Assembly (NCBI GenBank): GCA_964404855.1
Contig: CAYOLO010000001.1
Span: forward strand, 443,009-507,008
Length of the DNA: 64,000 nucleotides
Origin: an uncultured Gammaproteobacteria bacterium
GTDB taxonomy: Bacteria; Patescibacteriota; Microgenomatia; CAYQLK01
Reading direction: 5' to 3'
Shown here: positions 30,101-40,462 of the stretch, piece after piece
How positions within the stretch are numbered: position 1 is the first letter of the stretch
How the letters are laid out: every line of letters starts with the position of its first letter
The notes under the pieces: generated by a model
What the model was told of the DNA's origin: nothing
Seen by the model: the letters and a program-made list of their open reading frames with translations, nothing else
Database searches by the model: none
Position numbers and translations under genes: made by a program

Positions 30101-30472
30101 ACTTTTGCGACGTAAAATATAAAAATGGAGTGGGGTTGTAAGGACAAAAAATATAAGAATTAGTAAATTATTAAAAAATATTTTTTTAAAAATAATGATC
30201 TAGTTTGATTTAACCCCCTATGGATGGGTCTAATTATTTGATTGATTTGATATGGTTTGTTATCTTAACCCCATTTTGGTGAATTTTTGCGGTATATATG
30301 CGGTTATCGGCTATAAATATTAAATATTAATGATAGATTACCCTACCCAACTAATAAAAAGCCGTTTTAGGGCCAATTAGAGGGTTTTAGCCTCAATATA
30401 TCGATATTTTATGGCTAAAGTGGTATAAGTGACATTTAGATTAAGTGAACATTAAATATTTGGAGGCAGTTC

Positions 30473-30694
30473 TTGTTTATCTTAAGAATCTTTTCAGATG
30501 TCAAAGGTTTTCTGACAAGACTATCCTTAATAAGATTGGTGGTTTTGTTGGGGCTGACTTTTTCAGTCTTTGTGAGCTTAGTGGTTTGGGTCTGGACTCA
30601 AGATCCGACTTGGGCATACGTAACACTGGTACTTTTGGCTTTTGCATGGGCGGCTTTTGGTACCTCTGTTGCGCAGATTTCTCGGACCGATTGA
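30473..30694 (+). CDS. possible small 2-TM membrane protein (73 aa)
   Basis: Hydrophobic ORF lying between the two 24-nt repeat copies. No SD. Weak. Confidence 0.3.
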   Translation: MFILRIFSDVKGFLTRLSLIRLVVLLGLTFSVFVSLVVWVWTQDPTWAYVTLVLLAFAWAAFGTSVAQISRTD

Positions 30695-30776
30695 GTCCTT
30701 TAATTGTTTCTCGCCGGTTTTTCAATCCTTACTCATTAGTACCTAATGAATTGGGGTTTGGACAACCGGCTTTTTC

Positions 30777-30803
30777 TTAAAAATGATACGTCGCACAATA
30801 TGT
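30777..30803. repeat. copy 2 of the 24-nt element, ~15 nt upstream of the recombinase start codon
   Basis: Sequence is aaaaatgatacgtcgcacaatatg. Contains a TACAAT-like hexamer and a CACA-ATAT-GTG partial palindrome. Confidence 0.8.
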
Positions 30804-30817
30804 GATAGAGTGGTTAT

Positions 30818-31792
30818 ATGGACACTGTTCAAAAACCATTGAAGGAAAAATCTGATAAGTTTGGAAAAGAGATTAAGGAATTTTTGGAGTATTTGGAAGT
30901 TGAGCGTAATGTCTCTCCCCTCACCCTACGAGATTATAAACATTATTTGGAAGTTTTTGCTAATTGGGCAAATGAAAATAATATTAGTGAGATTGAGAGT
31001 GTTGATATTAAGCAGATAAGGTCTTTTCGCTTGTTTTTGTCGAGAAAGTTGACACAGGATGGTGAGCCAATCAAAAAAATAACCCAGAATTACTACGTAA
31101 TCGCGCTGCGAGCCATGCTTAGGTTCTTGATTAAGAATGATAGGCAGGTTATTTCGCCCGATAAGATTGAGCTTGGTAAACAAGAAGGTAGGCAAGTTAA
31201 GTTCTTGACTCAAGATCACTTAAATCGATTACTGAACAGTCCGAATGTGAACGACTTAAGTGGGCTACGTGATAAAGCTATTTTGGAAATGCTATTTTCG
31301 ACAGGTTTACGAGTTTCGGAGATGGTTAGCTTGGATCGTGATTCGATTGATCTTAACTCTGGAGAATTTGGTGTTATGGGTAAAGGAAGAAGAGTTCGGG
31401 TGGTGTTTTTGTCGCCCGATTCAGCTACTTGGGTGGCAAGGTATCTTAATGCTCGTGATGATCATTATGAGCCGTTATTTGTAAGATATAAAGGTAAAAA
31501 ATCTATTGTGGATGACGATGAAAGTCATAGATTAACTTCAAGAAGTATTCAGAGAATTGTTGAGGGTTATGTAAAAAAAGCACAATTGCCAATTAAAGCT
31601 ACGCCACACACCTTAAGACATTCATTTGCAACTGATTTACTTAATAATGGGGCTGATATCAGAAGTGTTCAGGAGATGTTGGGACACAAAAATATTGCCA
31701 CAACTCAGATCTATACTCATGTGACGAATAGACAACTAAGAGAGGTTCATCAGGCTTTTCATGGTCGTAAAAAGGATAAATTAGATGAGTAA
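30818..31792 (+). CDS. tyrosine site-specific recombinase, XerC/XerD family
   Basis: N-terminal SAM-like core-binding domain (FLEYLEVERNVSPLTLRDYKHYL). C-terminal catalytic R...HTLRHSFAT...GHKNIATTQIYTH with the Tyr nucleophile. Confidence 0.85.
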   Translation: MDTVQKPLKEKSDKFGKEIKEFLEYLEVERNVSPLTLRDYKHYLEVFANWANENNISEIESVDIKQIRSFRLFLSRKLTQDGEPIKKITQNYYVIALRAMLRFLIKNDRQVISPDKIELGKQEGRQVKFLTQDHLNRLLNSPNVNDLSGLRDKAILEMLFSTGLRVSEMVSLDRDSIDLNSGEFGVMGKGRRVRVVFLSPDSATWVARYLNARDDHYEPLFVRYKGKKSIVDDDESHRLTSRSIQRIVEGYVKKAQLPIKATPHTLRHSFATDLLNNGADIRSVQEMLGHKNIATTQIYTHVTNRQLREVHQAFHGRKKDKLDE

Positions 31793-31842
31793 CTTAAGAA
31801 GGAGCCCGCAATAATTAAATTGCGGGCAGGTGATGAAAACGT

Positions 31843-32274
31843 TCACAGGAGCTTGATTTGGCAGGTGATTAGCAGCGGTAAAAAGAGTAAATCTTCCTGC
31901 TGCCAAATTAGATGCCGATATCTTAGACTCCTGGTTGCCTCTTGCAAAAGAGGAATTGCAATTTCTGGCTGACTTGAGATGTCTTTACCATAATCGACTT
32001 CGATTGCCCGAGGGGTTGTGAGGTCGTAACTTAGCTCGGCGATCCAGAAGCTGGGCTTGTTGGGGTTAGTGGCAACTGGTCTACCGTCTGAGTGAAGTAG
32101 TCTAGGTCTGTTGCGAATTAGGACTGTGCTTGTGCCGCGTCGGTTATTGGTGTTGGTAAAAAAAGCCAACCTTTTTGCCGCAGGATTGGCGCTAAGGAGG
32201 ATTTGAGCGAGATTTTCGAGCTCGCTACTTTTTGCAGCGGGTTTGGAAAATACCACTTTATATTTTCTCCTCAC
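31843..32274 (-). CDS. hypothetical protein
   Basis: 143-aa ORF. No motif recognised. Confidence 0.45.
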   Translation of the reverse strand: MRRKYKVVFSKPAAKSSELENLAQILLSANPAAKRLAFFTNTNNRRGTSTVLIRNRPRLLHSDGRPVATNPNKPSFWIAELSYDLTTPRAIEVDYGKDISSQPEIAIPLLQEATRSLRYRHLIWQQEDLLFLPLLITCQIKLL

Positions 32275-32339
32275 AAGAGAACAAGGGTTTTACTACCGGT
32301 TAAGGTGCAGAGTTATATTAACAAAAAAATGAGAAAAAA

Positions 32340-33107
32340 TTACAAGGTTTTGTAGGTAAGCGTGACTGAGAGTTTGATTTCTCCGCTTCCAGGATTAATG
32401 TCTGTTTGAGCTACCGCTGGTTCACTTCCGCCAATTCCAGATTTGAGCGAGTTGGCATCGTAGGAGTGAAGGTAGGAGTCGGAACCTTGTTCATATTCAC
32501 TGTAATAAATTATCTTGCCTAAAGAAATTCCTGCAGTTTTTGAAGTGATTTCGGCTTGTCTTTTGGCATTTTCAACCGCTAGTTCGCGTGCTTGATCGAG
32601 CGCTTTTTGGCGGTCCTTGAGACTAAACTGTAGATTATTTATGGTATTGAGTCCTCCTGCAGTTCCCGCATCAATTACTTCGCCGACTTTGTTAAGTTCT
32701 GTGACTTTGATATTGAGGGTGATATTGACGGTATAGTCTTTGATTGCCCTATTTGTAGATGTGTAATCGTAGTTGGGGTTAATGTTGTAGCTTACGGTTT
32801 TGATGTCTTCGTTTTTAATACCAAGACTTTTGAGGGAAGCTTTAACGGTCTCAATTTGGGTGTTGGCTTTGGTTTGGGCTGATTTGACACTGGTGTCATT
32901 AATAATAATACCGAGTGAAATTTCGGCTTGGTCTGGAGCAACTGCGACAATTCCTTCGCCTGTTACGGAAAAATCAGTAGAGATTGATTGGGTGGTGTGA
33001 AGAACTGGGGCGAGTTTGGTTTGAAATACCCCAACAATTAAAAGGACAGTAAAAGTAATTATAAATATAGGTCGTGAGCTATTTATTAGAAACTGTTTGA
33101 TATTCAT
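32340..33107 (-). CDS. SIMPL-domain (DUF541/YggE-like) periplasmic protein
   Basis: N-terminal TM anchor, then the two-lobed SIMPL pattern (EGIVAVAPDQAEISLGI ... ITLNIKVT ... INPGSGEIKLSVTLTY). Confidence 0.75.
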   Translation of the reverse strand: MNIKQFLINSSRPIFIITFTVLLIVGVFQTKLAPVLHTTQSISTDFSVTGEGIVAVAPDQAEISLGIIINDTSVKSAQTKANTQIETVKASLKSLGIKNEDIKTVSYNINPNYDYTSTNRAIKDYTVNITLNIKVTELNKVGEVIDAGTAGGLNTINNLQFSLKDRQKALDQARELAVENAKRQAEITSKTAGISLGKIIYYSEYEQGSDSYLHSYDANSLKSGIGGSEPAVAQTDINPGSGEIKLSVTLTYKTL

Positions 33108-33130
33108 AAGGTAATTGTAGCAAATTGAGG

Positions 33131-33167
33131 TAAAAAAAAGCCTCCGCTGCGGTTAAGCAACGAAGGC
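33131..33167 (-). terminator. intrinsic terminator (minus strand) ending the GC-rich ncRNA candidate
   Basis: On the minus strand: 12-bp stem agccttcgttgc-ttaacc-gcagcggaggct followed by TTTTTTTT. Confidence 0.7.
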
Positions 33168-33922
33168 TGTAATTGGTTGGCAGGGCCGCAATCACGTGTA
33201 GTGACAACGGCCCAAGTGGCGGGGTAGTATTTTCCGATTGACCGGCGGTGCTCGCAATTGAGCCGTGCCCATCAAACGGGGTTCACACTCCCCTAGGTTT
33301 TGCCTCCATAGCTTGGAGGTGGCTGCCCTACTTTTACGTCGGGGCGGACGGGCGGCCTAAAATGCGGCGGCCGATTGTCGTGACGAGACTGTGGCCTCGG
33401 CACGGGCCAGCCTAATTCGCGGGTGGCCTTCACTAGTGCCAGTTCGGCACAGCAAAACTTCGGGGAGCGCGAGCTGGTTGCCCGCGCTCCTTGCGGTCTC
33501 GGAAAACCCCCGAGACAAGGCAAAAAAAAGGACAGGCATGGCTAAGCTTGGGGTTTGATTTACAATGTGGGTACCGGATTCTCATGCGCTGAGATTCAGG
33601 CCTGAACACAGTGCTCGTCTTACCTTTTAGCAGGAAGAGGCCTCATTTCTCGTTAGTTCCCCCAGAGGGCAGAGGGGTCGCTGCAGAGTTAATAAGGTCG
33701 GCAACTTGCTTTTTCTCCCTTGTCGTGACCATGGCGCATCCTGCCCCGTTCCCCTTTTCCCCATTATGGGTAGGTGGTTCTTAGGCACGAAAGCCTTCGA
33801 ACTCCAGAGGGAGACGCTTCGAAGCGTTTAAGCTAAAACGCTACCAAGTGTTTCCCTCTAGATTGGGACAAAATGTCACTGTCGTAATATTTTTTATATG
33901 TGCGCAGTTAGTAAATAACTGT
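33131..33922 (-). ncRNA. candidate large structured ncRNA (~790 nt, GC ~58%, no ORF), class unassigned
   Basis: Lies between a perfect consensus promoter and an intrinsic terminator. Strong local GC excess in an AT-rich genome, as for rRNA/tRNA. Many stable hairpins (e.g. cctccaagctatggagg, gtctcgg-N7-ccgagac). The small ORFs in the region are GC artefacts. Confidence 0.55.
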
Positions 33923-33929
33923 GGAGAAC

Positions 33930-33958
33930 ATTATACACATTATTGGTCAATATGTCAA
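33930..33958 (-). promoter_or_regulatory. consensus sigma70 promoter TTGACA-N17-TATAAT (minus strand)
   Basis: Plus strand attata (33930-33935) ... tgtcaa (33953-33958), which is TTGACAtattgaccaataatgtgTATAAT on the minus strand. Confidence 0.75.
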
Positions 33959-34023
33959 GTACTATAGGTTCTCGCTTTAGTTATTCGAAAAAGGCTTGGG
34001 TCCCCCACTTTTTCTCTAACTAA

Positions 34024-34056
34024 AAGCTACAAGCCTGCGTTTTGGGAAACCCAAAA
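34024..34056. repeat. copy of AGCTAC-N-CCTGCG + hairpin motif (gttttggg-aaa-cccaaaac)
   Basis: agctacaagcctgcgttttgggaaacccaaaac. Related copies at 2426-2470, 2587-2631 and 34064-34126. Confidence 0.6.
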
Positions 34057-34177
34057 CTAGAGACAGTTTGCGCTACGTCCTGCGCAGAGAATTAATTAAA
34101 TAAGTTAATTCTCTCGTTGAGACAGGAGGCCTGATGCTAGGGGCTAATTATTTTGGTCATCAAGGAATATTTAACGG

Positions 34178-36799
34178 CTACCCTCGAGGTTTGAGTTTAG
34201 GAGTTTCGTCAGTTTTTTCTTTCGACTCCCCTGCCTTTCTTGGTTGTTTTGGTTTTGTGCTGTTTGATTTGGTGGAAAGTTTGCCTGAGGAGACTGTTTT
34301 ACCTTTTTTGTTGGTACTTGGGTTGTCACCTTCTTCTTCTTTGGCAATAGTAGTTGCGGCCGAAACAGTATCGCCACTCTTACTAAATCTCATCAAAGTT
34401 ACGCCTTGTGTGTCTCGGCCGAGTTTTGGGATGTTTTTGAGAGGAAGTCTAATAATTTGACCTTTTTTGGAGGTCAGTACCAGTGATTCGTCTTGAGCGT
34501 TAATTAGTTCAGCTGAAACGATTTTGCCTGTTTTGGCAGTAATATTTGCAGCTTTTACTCCTTTGCCTCCCCTACCCTGCATTGTCCATGCTGTGGCAAG
34601 TGATTTTTTACCAAAACCGTTTTCGGTGACAATTAGAAGTTCGTCTTTGTCGTTGTCGACGTGTCCAACGGTCAGTCCAATGACTGATCCTCCGACTTTG
34701 AGGTTAATACCGCGGACACCACGTGTGTCGCGAGCTGTGGAGCGGATGTTTTTCTCGTTAAATTTAATGGATTGGCCATTATCAGAGACAATTAGGATGT
34801 AGTCGGACCCACTGGTCAGTTTGGCCCAGCGTAGTTCATCACCATTGTCGAGGTTAATAGCAATAATGCCTGTTTTTCTGATGTTGCTGAATTTTTCAAT
34901 TGCGGTTTTTTTGACCACACCTTTTTTGGTTACTAGCAAAATATTGGCATCTAGGGGTGTTGTTTTGGCAATTGGAAGGATTGAGAGGATTTCTTCTCTT
35001 TGCTCAATATCGATAAGGTTAATGATGGCTTGGCCTTTGGCGACTCTAGAGCTTTCTGGAACCTCGTATGTTTTGAGTTGGAAAACTCGACCCCTGTTAG
35101 TAAAGAACATTAGCGAATCGTGAGTTTGACAGCGAATCAGATGTGAAACCACATCTTCTTCTTTGGTGGTGATACCGCTAACACCCTTACCGCCACGGCG
35201 CTGGGTTTTGAAGGTGCTTGGAAGCTGGCGTTTGATGTAACCAGTTTGAGTGATTGTGACAATGGTTGGTTCGTTGGCAACTAAGTCCTCTTCAGAAAAT
35301 TCACCAATTTTGTTTTTAACAATCTTTGTGCGCCTAGCGTCACCGTATTTTTCTTTGATTTCTAGTAGTTCATTCTTAGCAACAAGAAGGATTTTTTCTG
35401 GATGAGCAAGTAAATCTTCTAGATAAGCGATTATTTCGCGAACCTGTTTGAGCTCCTCTTCGATTTTGAGTCTTTCTAGAGCTGCAAGTCTTCTGAGCTG
35501 CATGTCTAAGATTGCTATAGCTTGAAGTTCGGATAGTTTGAACTTGGTCATTAATTGACCTTTGGCCGTATCGGCGTCGGGGGCGGCGCGAATTATGCGA
35601 ATGACTTCATCAATGTTATCAACCGCGATTTTGAGTCCTTCGAGAATGTGTTCGCGGGCCTTTGCGGCTTTGAGGTCAAATTCGCTACGCTTGGTAATGA
35701 TGTTTTGGCGGTGTTTGATAAACTCTGACAGCATAATATTAAGCGTCATTGTTTGAGGCACACCATCAATAAGACCAACAGCGTTAACAGAGAAGTTTTG
35801 CTGCATAGCAGTTAGTTTGAATAGGTTGTTGAGTGTTGATTGGGGTTTGGCATCGCGCCTTAGTTCGATGGTAATACGCATGCCTTTGCGGTCTGAGTCG
35901 TCGCGAAGATCAGCAATACCTTGAATCTTTTTGTTGCGAACAAGATCAGCCATTCTTTGGATTAAAACAGACTTGTTAACTTGATAAGGGAGTTCGGTGA
36001 TAATGATTTGGAATTTGCCATTTTTGCGTTCTTCAATATCGGCTTTGGCTCTAGTAATGATTCTGCCGCGACCTGTCGCGTAAGCGGCTGTAATTTCTGC
36101 TTGGTCGTAAATAATTCCGCCGGTTGGGAAGTCTGGACCTTTGATAAATCGAAGTAAGTCTTCAACTGAAGCTTCGGGATTGTCGATTAGGTGTACAGTT
36201 GCGTCAATCACTTCCGACAAGTTGTGTGGCGGAATTGAAGTCGCCATACCGACGGCAATACCGTTGACACCGTTAAGTAAAAGATTAGGAATAACAGAAG
36301 GTAAAAGATTAGGCTCTTTGAGTGTACCGTCGAAATTGTCGCCCCAGGTGACTGTGTCTTTGTCCATATCGCGAAGTAGTTCGCTAGCGATTGCCGACAT
36401 ACGACATTCTGTGTACCTCATAGCGGCCGCTCTATCTCCGTCGACAGAACCGAAGTTACCCTGACCGTCAATTAGCGGGTAACGCAAGGAGAAATCCTGA
36501 GCCATTCTGACTAGAGCTTCATAAACAGGACTATCTCCGTGTGGGTGGTATTTACCAAGCACTTCTCCGACAACCTTGGCACATTTTGAGTAGTGTGCAG
36601 TATGACTTAGGCCGACTTTGTACATGGCATAAATAATGCGTCTCTGAACTGGCTTAAGCCCATCTCTAACATCAGGTAAAGCGCGAGCGACAATAACACT
36701 CATTGCATAGTCGAGGTATGAGCGCTTCATTTCAGCGACAATGCCACTTTGAATGACTTGTCCAATGTAGTTAATATCAGTAACGACGTTTTCTGCCAT
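34178..36799 (-). CDS. gyrA: DNA gyrase subunit A (with Lys-rich C-terminal tail)
   Basis: Active-site region AAMRYTE, a GyrA-box-containing CTD with beta-pinwheel repeats, 873 aa. Confidence 0.95.
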   Translation of the reverse strand: MAENVVTDINYIGQVIQSGIVAEMKRSYLDYAMSVIVARALPDVRDGLKPVQRRIIYAMYKVGLSHTAHYSKCAKVVGEVLGKYHPHGDSPVYEALVRMAQDFSLRYPLIDGQGNFGSVDGDRAAAMRYTECRMSAIASELLRDMDKDTVTWGDNFDGTLKEPNLLPSVIPNLLLNGVNGIAVGMATSIPPHNLSEVIDATVHLIDNPEASVEDLLRFIKGPDFPTGGIIYDQAEITAAYATGRGRIITRAKADIEERKNGKFQIIITELPYQVNKSVLIQRMADLVRNKKIQGIADLRDDSDRKGMRITIELRRDAKPQSTLNNLFKLTAMQQNFSVNAVGLIDGVPQTMTLNIMLSEFIKHRQNIITKRSEFDLKAAKAREHILEGLKIAVDNIDEVIRIIRAAPDADTAKGQLMTKFKLSELQAIAILDMQLRRLAALERLKIEEELKQVREIIAYLEDLLAHPEKILLVAKNELLEIKEKYGDARRTKIVKNKIGEFSEEDLVANEPTIVTITQTGYIKRQLPSTFKTQRRGGKGVSGITTKEEDVVSHLIRCQTHDSLMFFTNRGRVFQLKTYEVPESSRVAKGQAIINLIDIEQREEILSILPIAKTTPLDANILLVTKKGVVKKTAIEKFSNIRKTGIIAINLDNGDELRWAKLTSGSDYILIVSDNGQSIKFNEKNIRSTARDTRGVRGINLKVGGSVIGLTVGHVDNDKDELLIVTENGFGKKSLATAWTMQGRGGKGVKAANITAKTGKIVSAELINAQDESLVLTSKKGQIIRLPLKNIPKLGRDTQGVTLMRFSKSGDTVSAATTIAKEEEGDNPSTNKKGKTVSSGKLSTKSNSTKPKQPRKAGESKEKTDETPKLKPRG

Positions 36800-36820
36800 A
36801 TTTGTTAGTTATTATTAAAT

Positions 36821-36860
36821 ATCAGGGGTTGCCATCTTCGCGTGGCTTTGAAGATCAGCC
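36821..36860. repeat. duplicate of the last ~40 nt of gyrB (including a stop codon) lying in the gyrB-gyrA spacer
   Basis: atcaggggttgccatcttcgcgtggctttgaagatcagcc versus atcaagagttgccattttcgcgtggctttgaatgaatc at 36939-36975 (true gyrB end, ...HAKMATLDI*). Confidence 0.8.
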
Positions 36861-36935
36861 AAACATTTTGCTTTCGCAAAAGTTCCCTGATATTCAATTC
36901 TATAAATATTTTTTTCTTTTTTTCTCATTTGTTGT

Positions 36936-38936
<2,001 letters not shown>

Positions 38937-39022
38937 CTAGCATAGGCCTTAGCTTTAAGGCAAATTGACAATAAAAAAGACCCGAATTCGATTAAGAATG
39001 CGGGTCTGAGTGGCGGGCGACT

Positions 39023-39544
39023 TTAGTGGATTTGGCGTCTCCACGGTTTGTTCCGAACGGCTTCGTGAATGAACTGGGCTTGTTCGGGAATCATGTCGTT
39101 TGGCAGGTGGCTAACACCGAAGAACTGTCCGACGGATGGGGTTCCACTAGTCAGCGCGATGTGGATTAGTGACAGCCCGACTCCGCGGGCGACCCTGTGG
39201 AAATGGTAGCCGGTAAAGGTCAGATGTGTGATCTCTAGCCACTGAAGTTCGTCGTCGAGTAGTCTTTTGATGGCTACACCGAGATCGTTACCACGGAATG
39301 TGACATCGCTTGCGCGTAGCATGGTGCCGGGGATGTGCCACAGGTTGGGAAAGTAAGGATCATCCACTTCCCTTTTCGACATCAAGACTTGGTCTTCGTG
39401 GCGTGCGTTTGCGTTGAAAATTACAAGCTCGACGTACGGTAGTGCCATGGTTTCGGCGATGGCATTGAAGACTGGAATTGGCAGAAGTTTTCCTTCGAAG
39501 CTTTTGAGGTACTCTGCAACCTCGGTTGGGTTTTGGACACTCAA
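39023..39544 (-). CDS. hypothetical protein, possibly a degenerate Nudix-fold protein; GC-rich
   Basis: LWHIPGTMLRASDVTFRGNDLGVAIKRLLDDELQ resembles a Nudix box lacking the catalytic glutamates. GC ~52% against ~37% background. Confidence 0.35.
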   Translation of the reverse strand: MSVQNPTEVAEYLKSFEGKLLPIPVFNAIAETMALPYVELVIFNANARHEDQVLMSKREVDDPYFPNLWHIPGTMLRASDVTFRGNDLGVAIKRLLDDELQWLEITHLTFTGYHFHRVARGVGLSLIHIALTSGTPSVGQFFGVSHLPNDMIPEQAQFIHEAVRNKPWRRQIH

Positions 39545-39607
39545 AATCTACCTCACTTGAATTCTTAATGTACTGAAGGTGGATTCTACCATACTATGGG
39601 ATATAAT

Positions 39608-40297
39608 TCAATCAGTTTTGGTGGACTTTACCACTTGATCAAGGGCAATAATAATATTGTCGAGAATTAGTCGGCTTTTTACATTAATCTTAATAAGGCT
39701 ATTAATATCTAAAAGTGATTTGGCTAGAAAAAGTTCGCTTTTATTAAGGTAGGGTTTACTTAGTGTGATCTGTAGATCTTTTATTAAGACTTTAAGCTCG
39801 GGTTCTTTAGCTTTGTCGAGTTGCATCAGTTTTTGACCTAGGCTTAGTTCAGTTGAAGATATTTGGCTGATAAAGGCATCTATAGATATTGCATCAGTTT
39901 TTGATGTGGGTTTAGTATGAAAATTAATTGTAATGACGCGAGAAAGAATAGTTGGAAGAATGTTGTTTTTTGTTTCTGAAAGGAGAATTATTAGTGTCGA
40001 AAGCGGAGGCTCTTCTAAAATTTTCAGCAAACTATTTTGAGCTTCTGTGGAAGCATTTGTGAAGTTCTCGATTAGTATTACTTTGTTTTTTGAAAATAAT
40101 GGACTGAGTGAGGATTTTTTGATTATTAATCTTGAATCTTCGATGGAAAATTCCTTAACCGGTGTAATTCGGATAAAGTCTTGGCTTTTTAGGTCGAGGT
40201 TGATACCAAGGTCTGAAAGGATTTGTTGGAGTTGACTGTCCTCTTTTTGTCCGATTAATAGATAAGGTTGATAGTGAGTGTGTTTTTGTTTTTCCAT
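39608..40297 (-). CDS. holB: DNA polymerase III delta' subunit (short form)
   Basis: AQNSLLKILEEPP and TILSR motifs of the clamp-loader delta' subunit. Confidence 0.8.
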   Translation of the reverse strand: MEKQKHTHYQPYLLIGQKEDSQLQQILSDLGINLDLKSQDFIRITPVKEFSIEDSRLIIKKSSLSPLFSKNKVILIENFTNASTEAQNSLLKILEEPPLSTLIILLSETKNNILPTILSRVITINFHTKPTSKTDAISIDAFISQISSTELSLGQKLMQLDKAKEPELKVLIKDLQITLSKPYLNKSELFLAKSLLDINSLIKINVKSRLILDNIIIALDQVVKSTKTD

Positions 40298-40462
40298 TAA
40301 TAAATATTTTTTATAGCCTTTACAGGCTAGTTGGTGTTGACACGCAAGTCAGCTATGAAGGATATTATATGTTAAGAGGTTAAAGGTTTACTTAGAAGTT
40401 GCCAAAATAAGGCCAATATAAAAGTAGCTTCGAAATAAGGGTAAAACTAACCAACAAAACAT

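Noticed and set aside
30445-30780. Alternative overlapping ORFs 30445-30780 (+) and 30501-30725 (-) in the cassette between the 24-nt repeats
   Set aside because: Mutually overlapping. Only the 73-aa hydrophobic frame looks remotely protein-like, and even that is low confidence.
33131-33922. Attempted to call the GC-rich locus as RNase P RNA or tmRNA
   Set aside because: RNase P: no GGAAAGUCC(GGGC) P4 strand on either strand, and UAGGGCAG- and GGUAAGA-like bits occur in the wrong order. tmRNA: no tRNA-like GGUUCGAAUCC...(CCA) 3' end and no tag ORF ending in AA-stop. Left as unassigned.
34178-36799. Numerous plus-strand ORFs inside gyrA/gyrB (e.g. 34524-34802, 34821-35123, 36141-36464, 37088-37327)
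   Set aside because: They are antisense to highly conserved gyrase coding sequence and are low-complexity, hence spurious.
36861-36935. 45-codon minus-strand ORF ([37 protein letters not shown]) reading through the duplicated gyrB tail
   Set aside because: It exists only because of the gene-end duplication and has no SD. Most likely non-coding.
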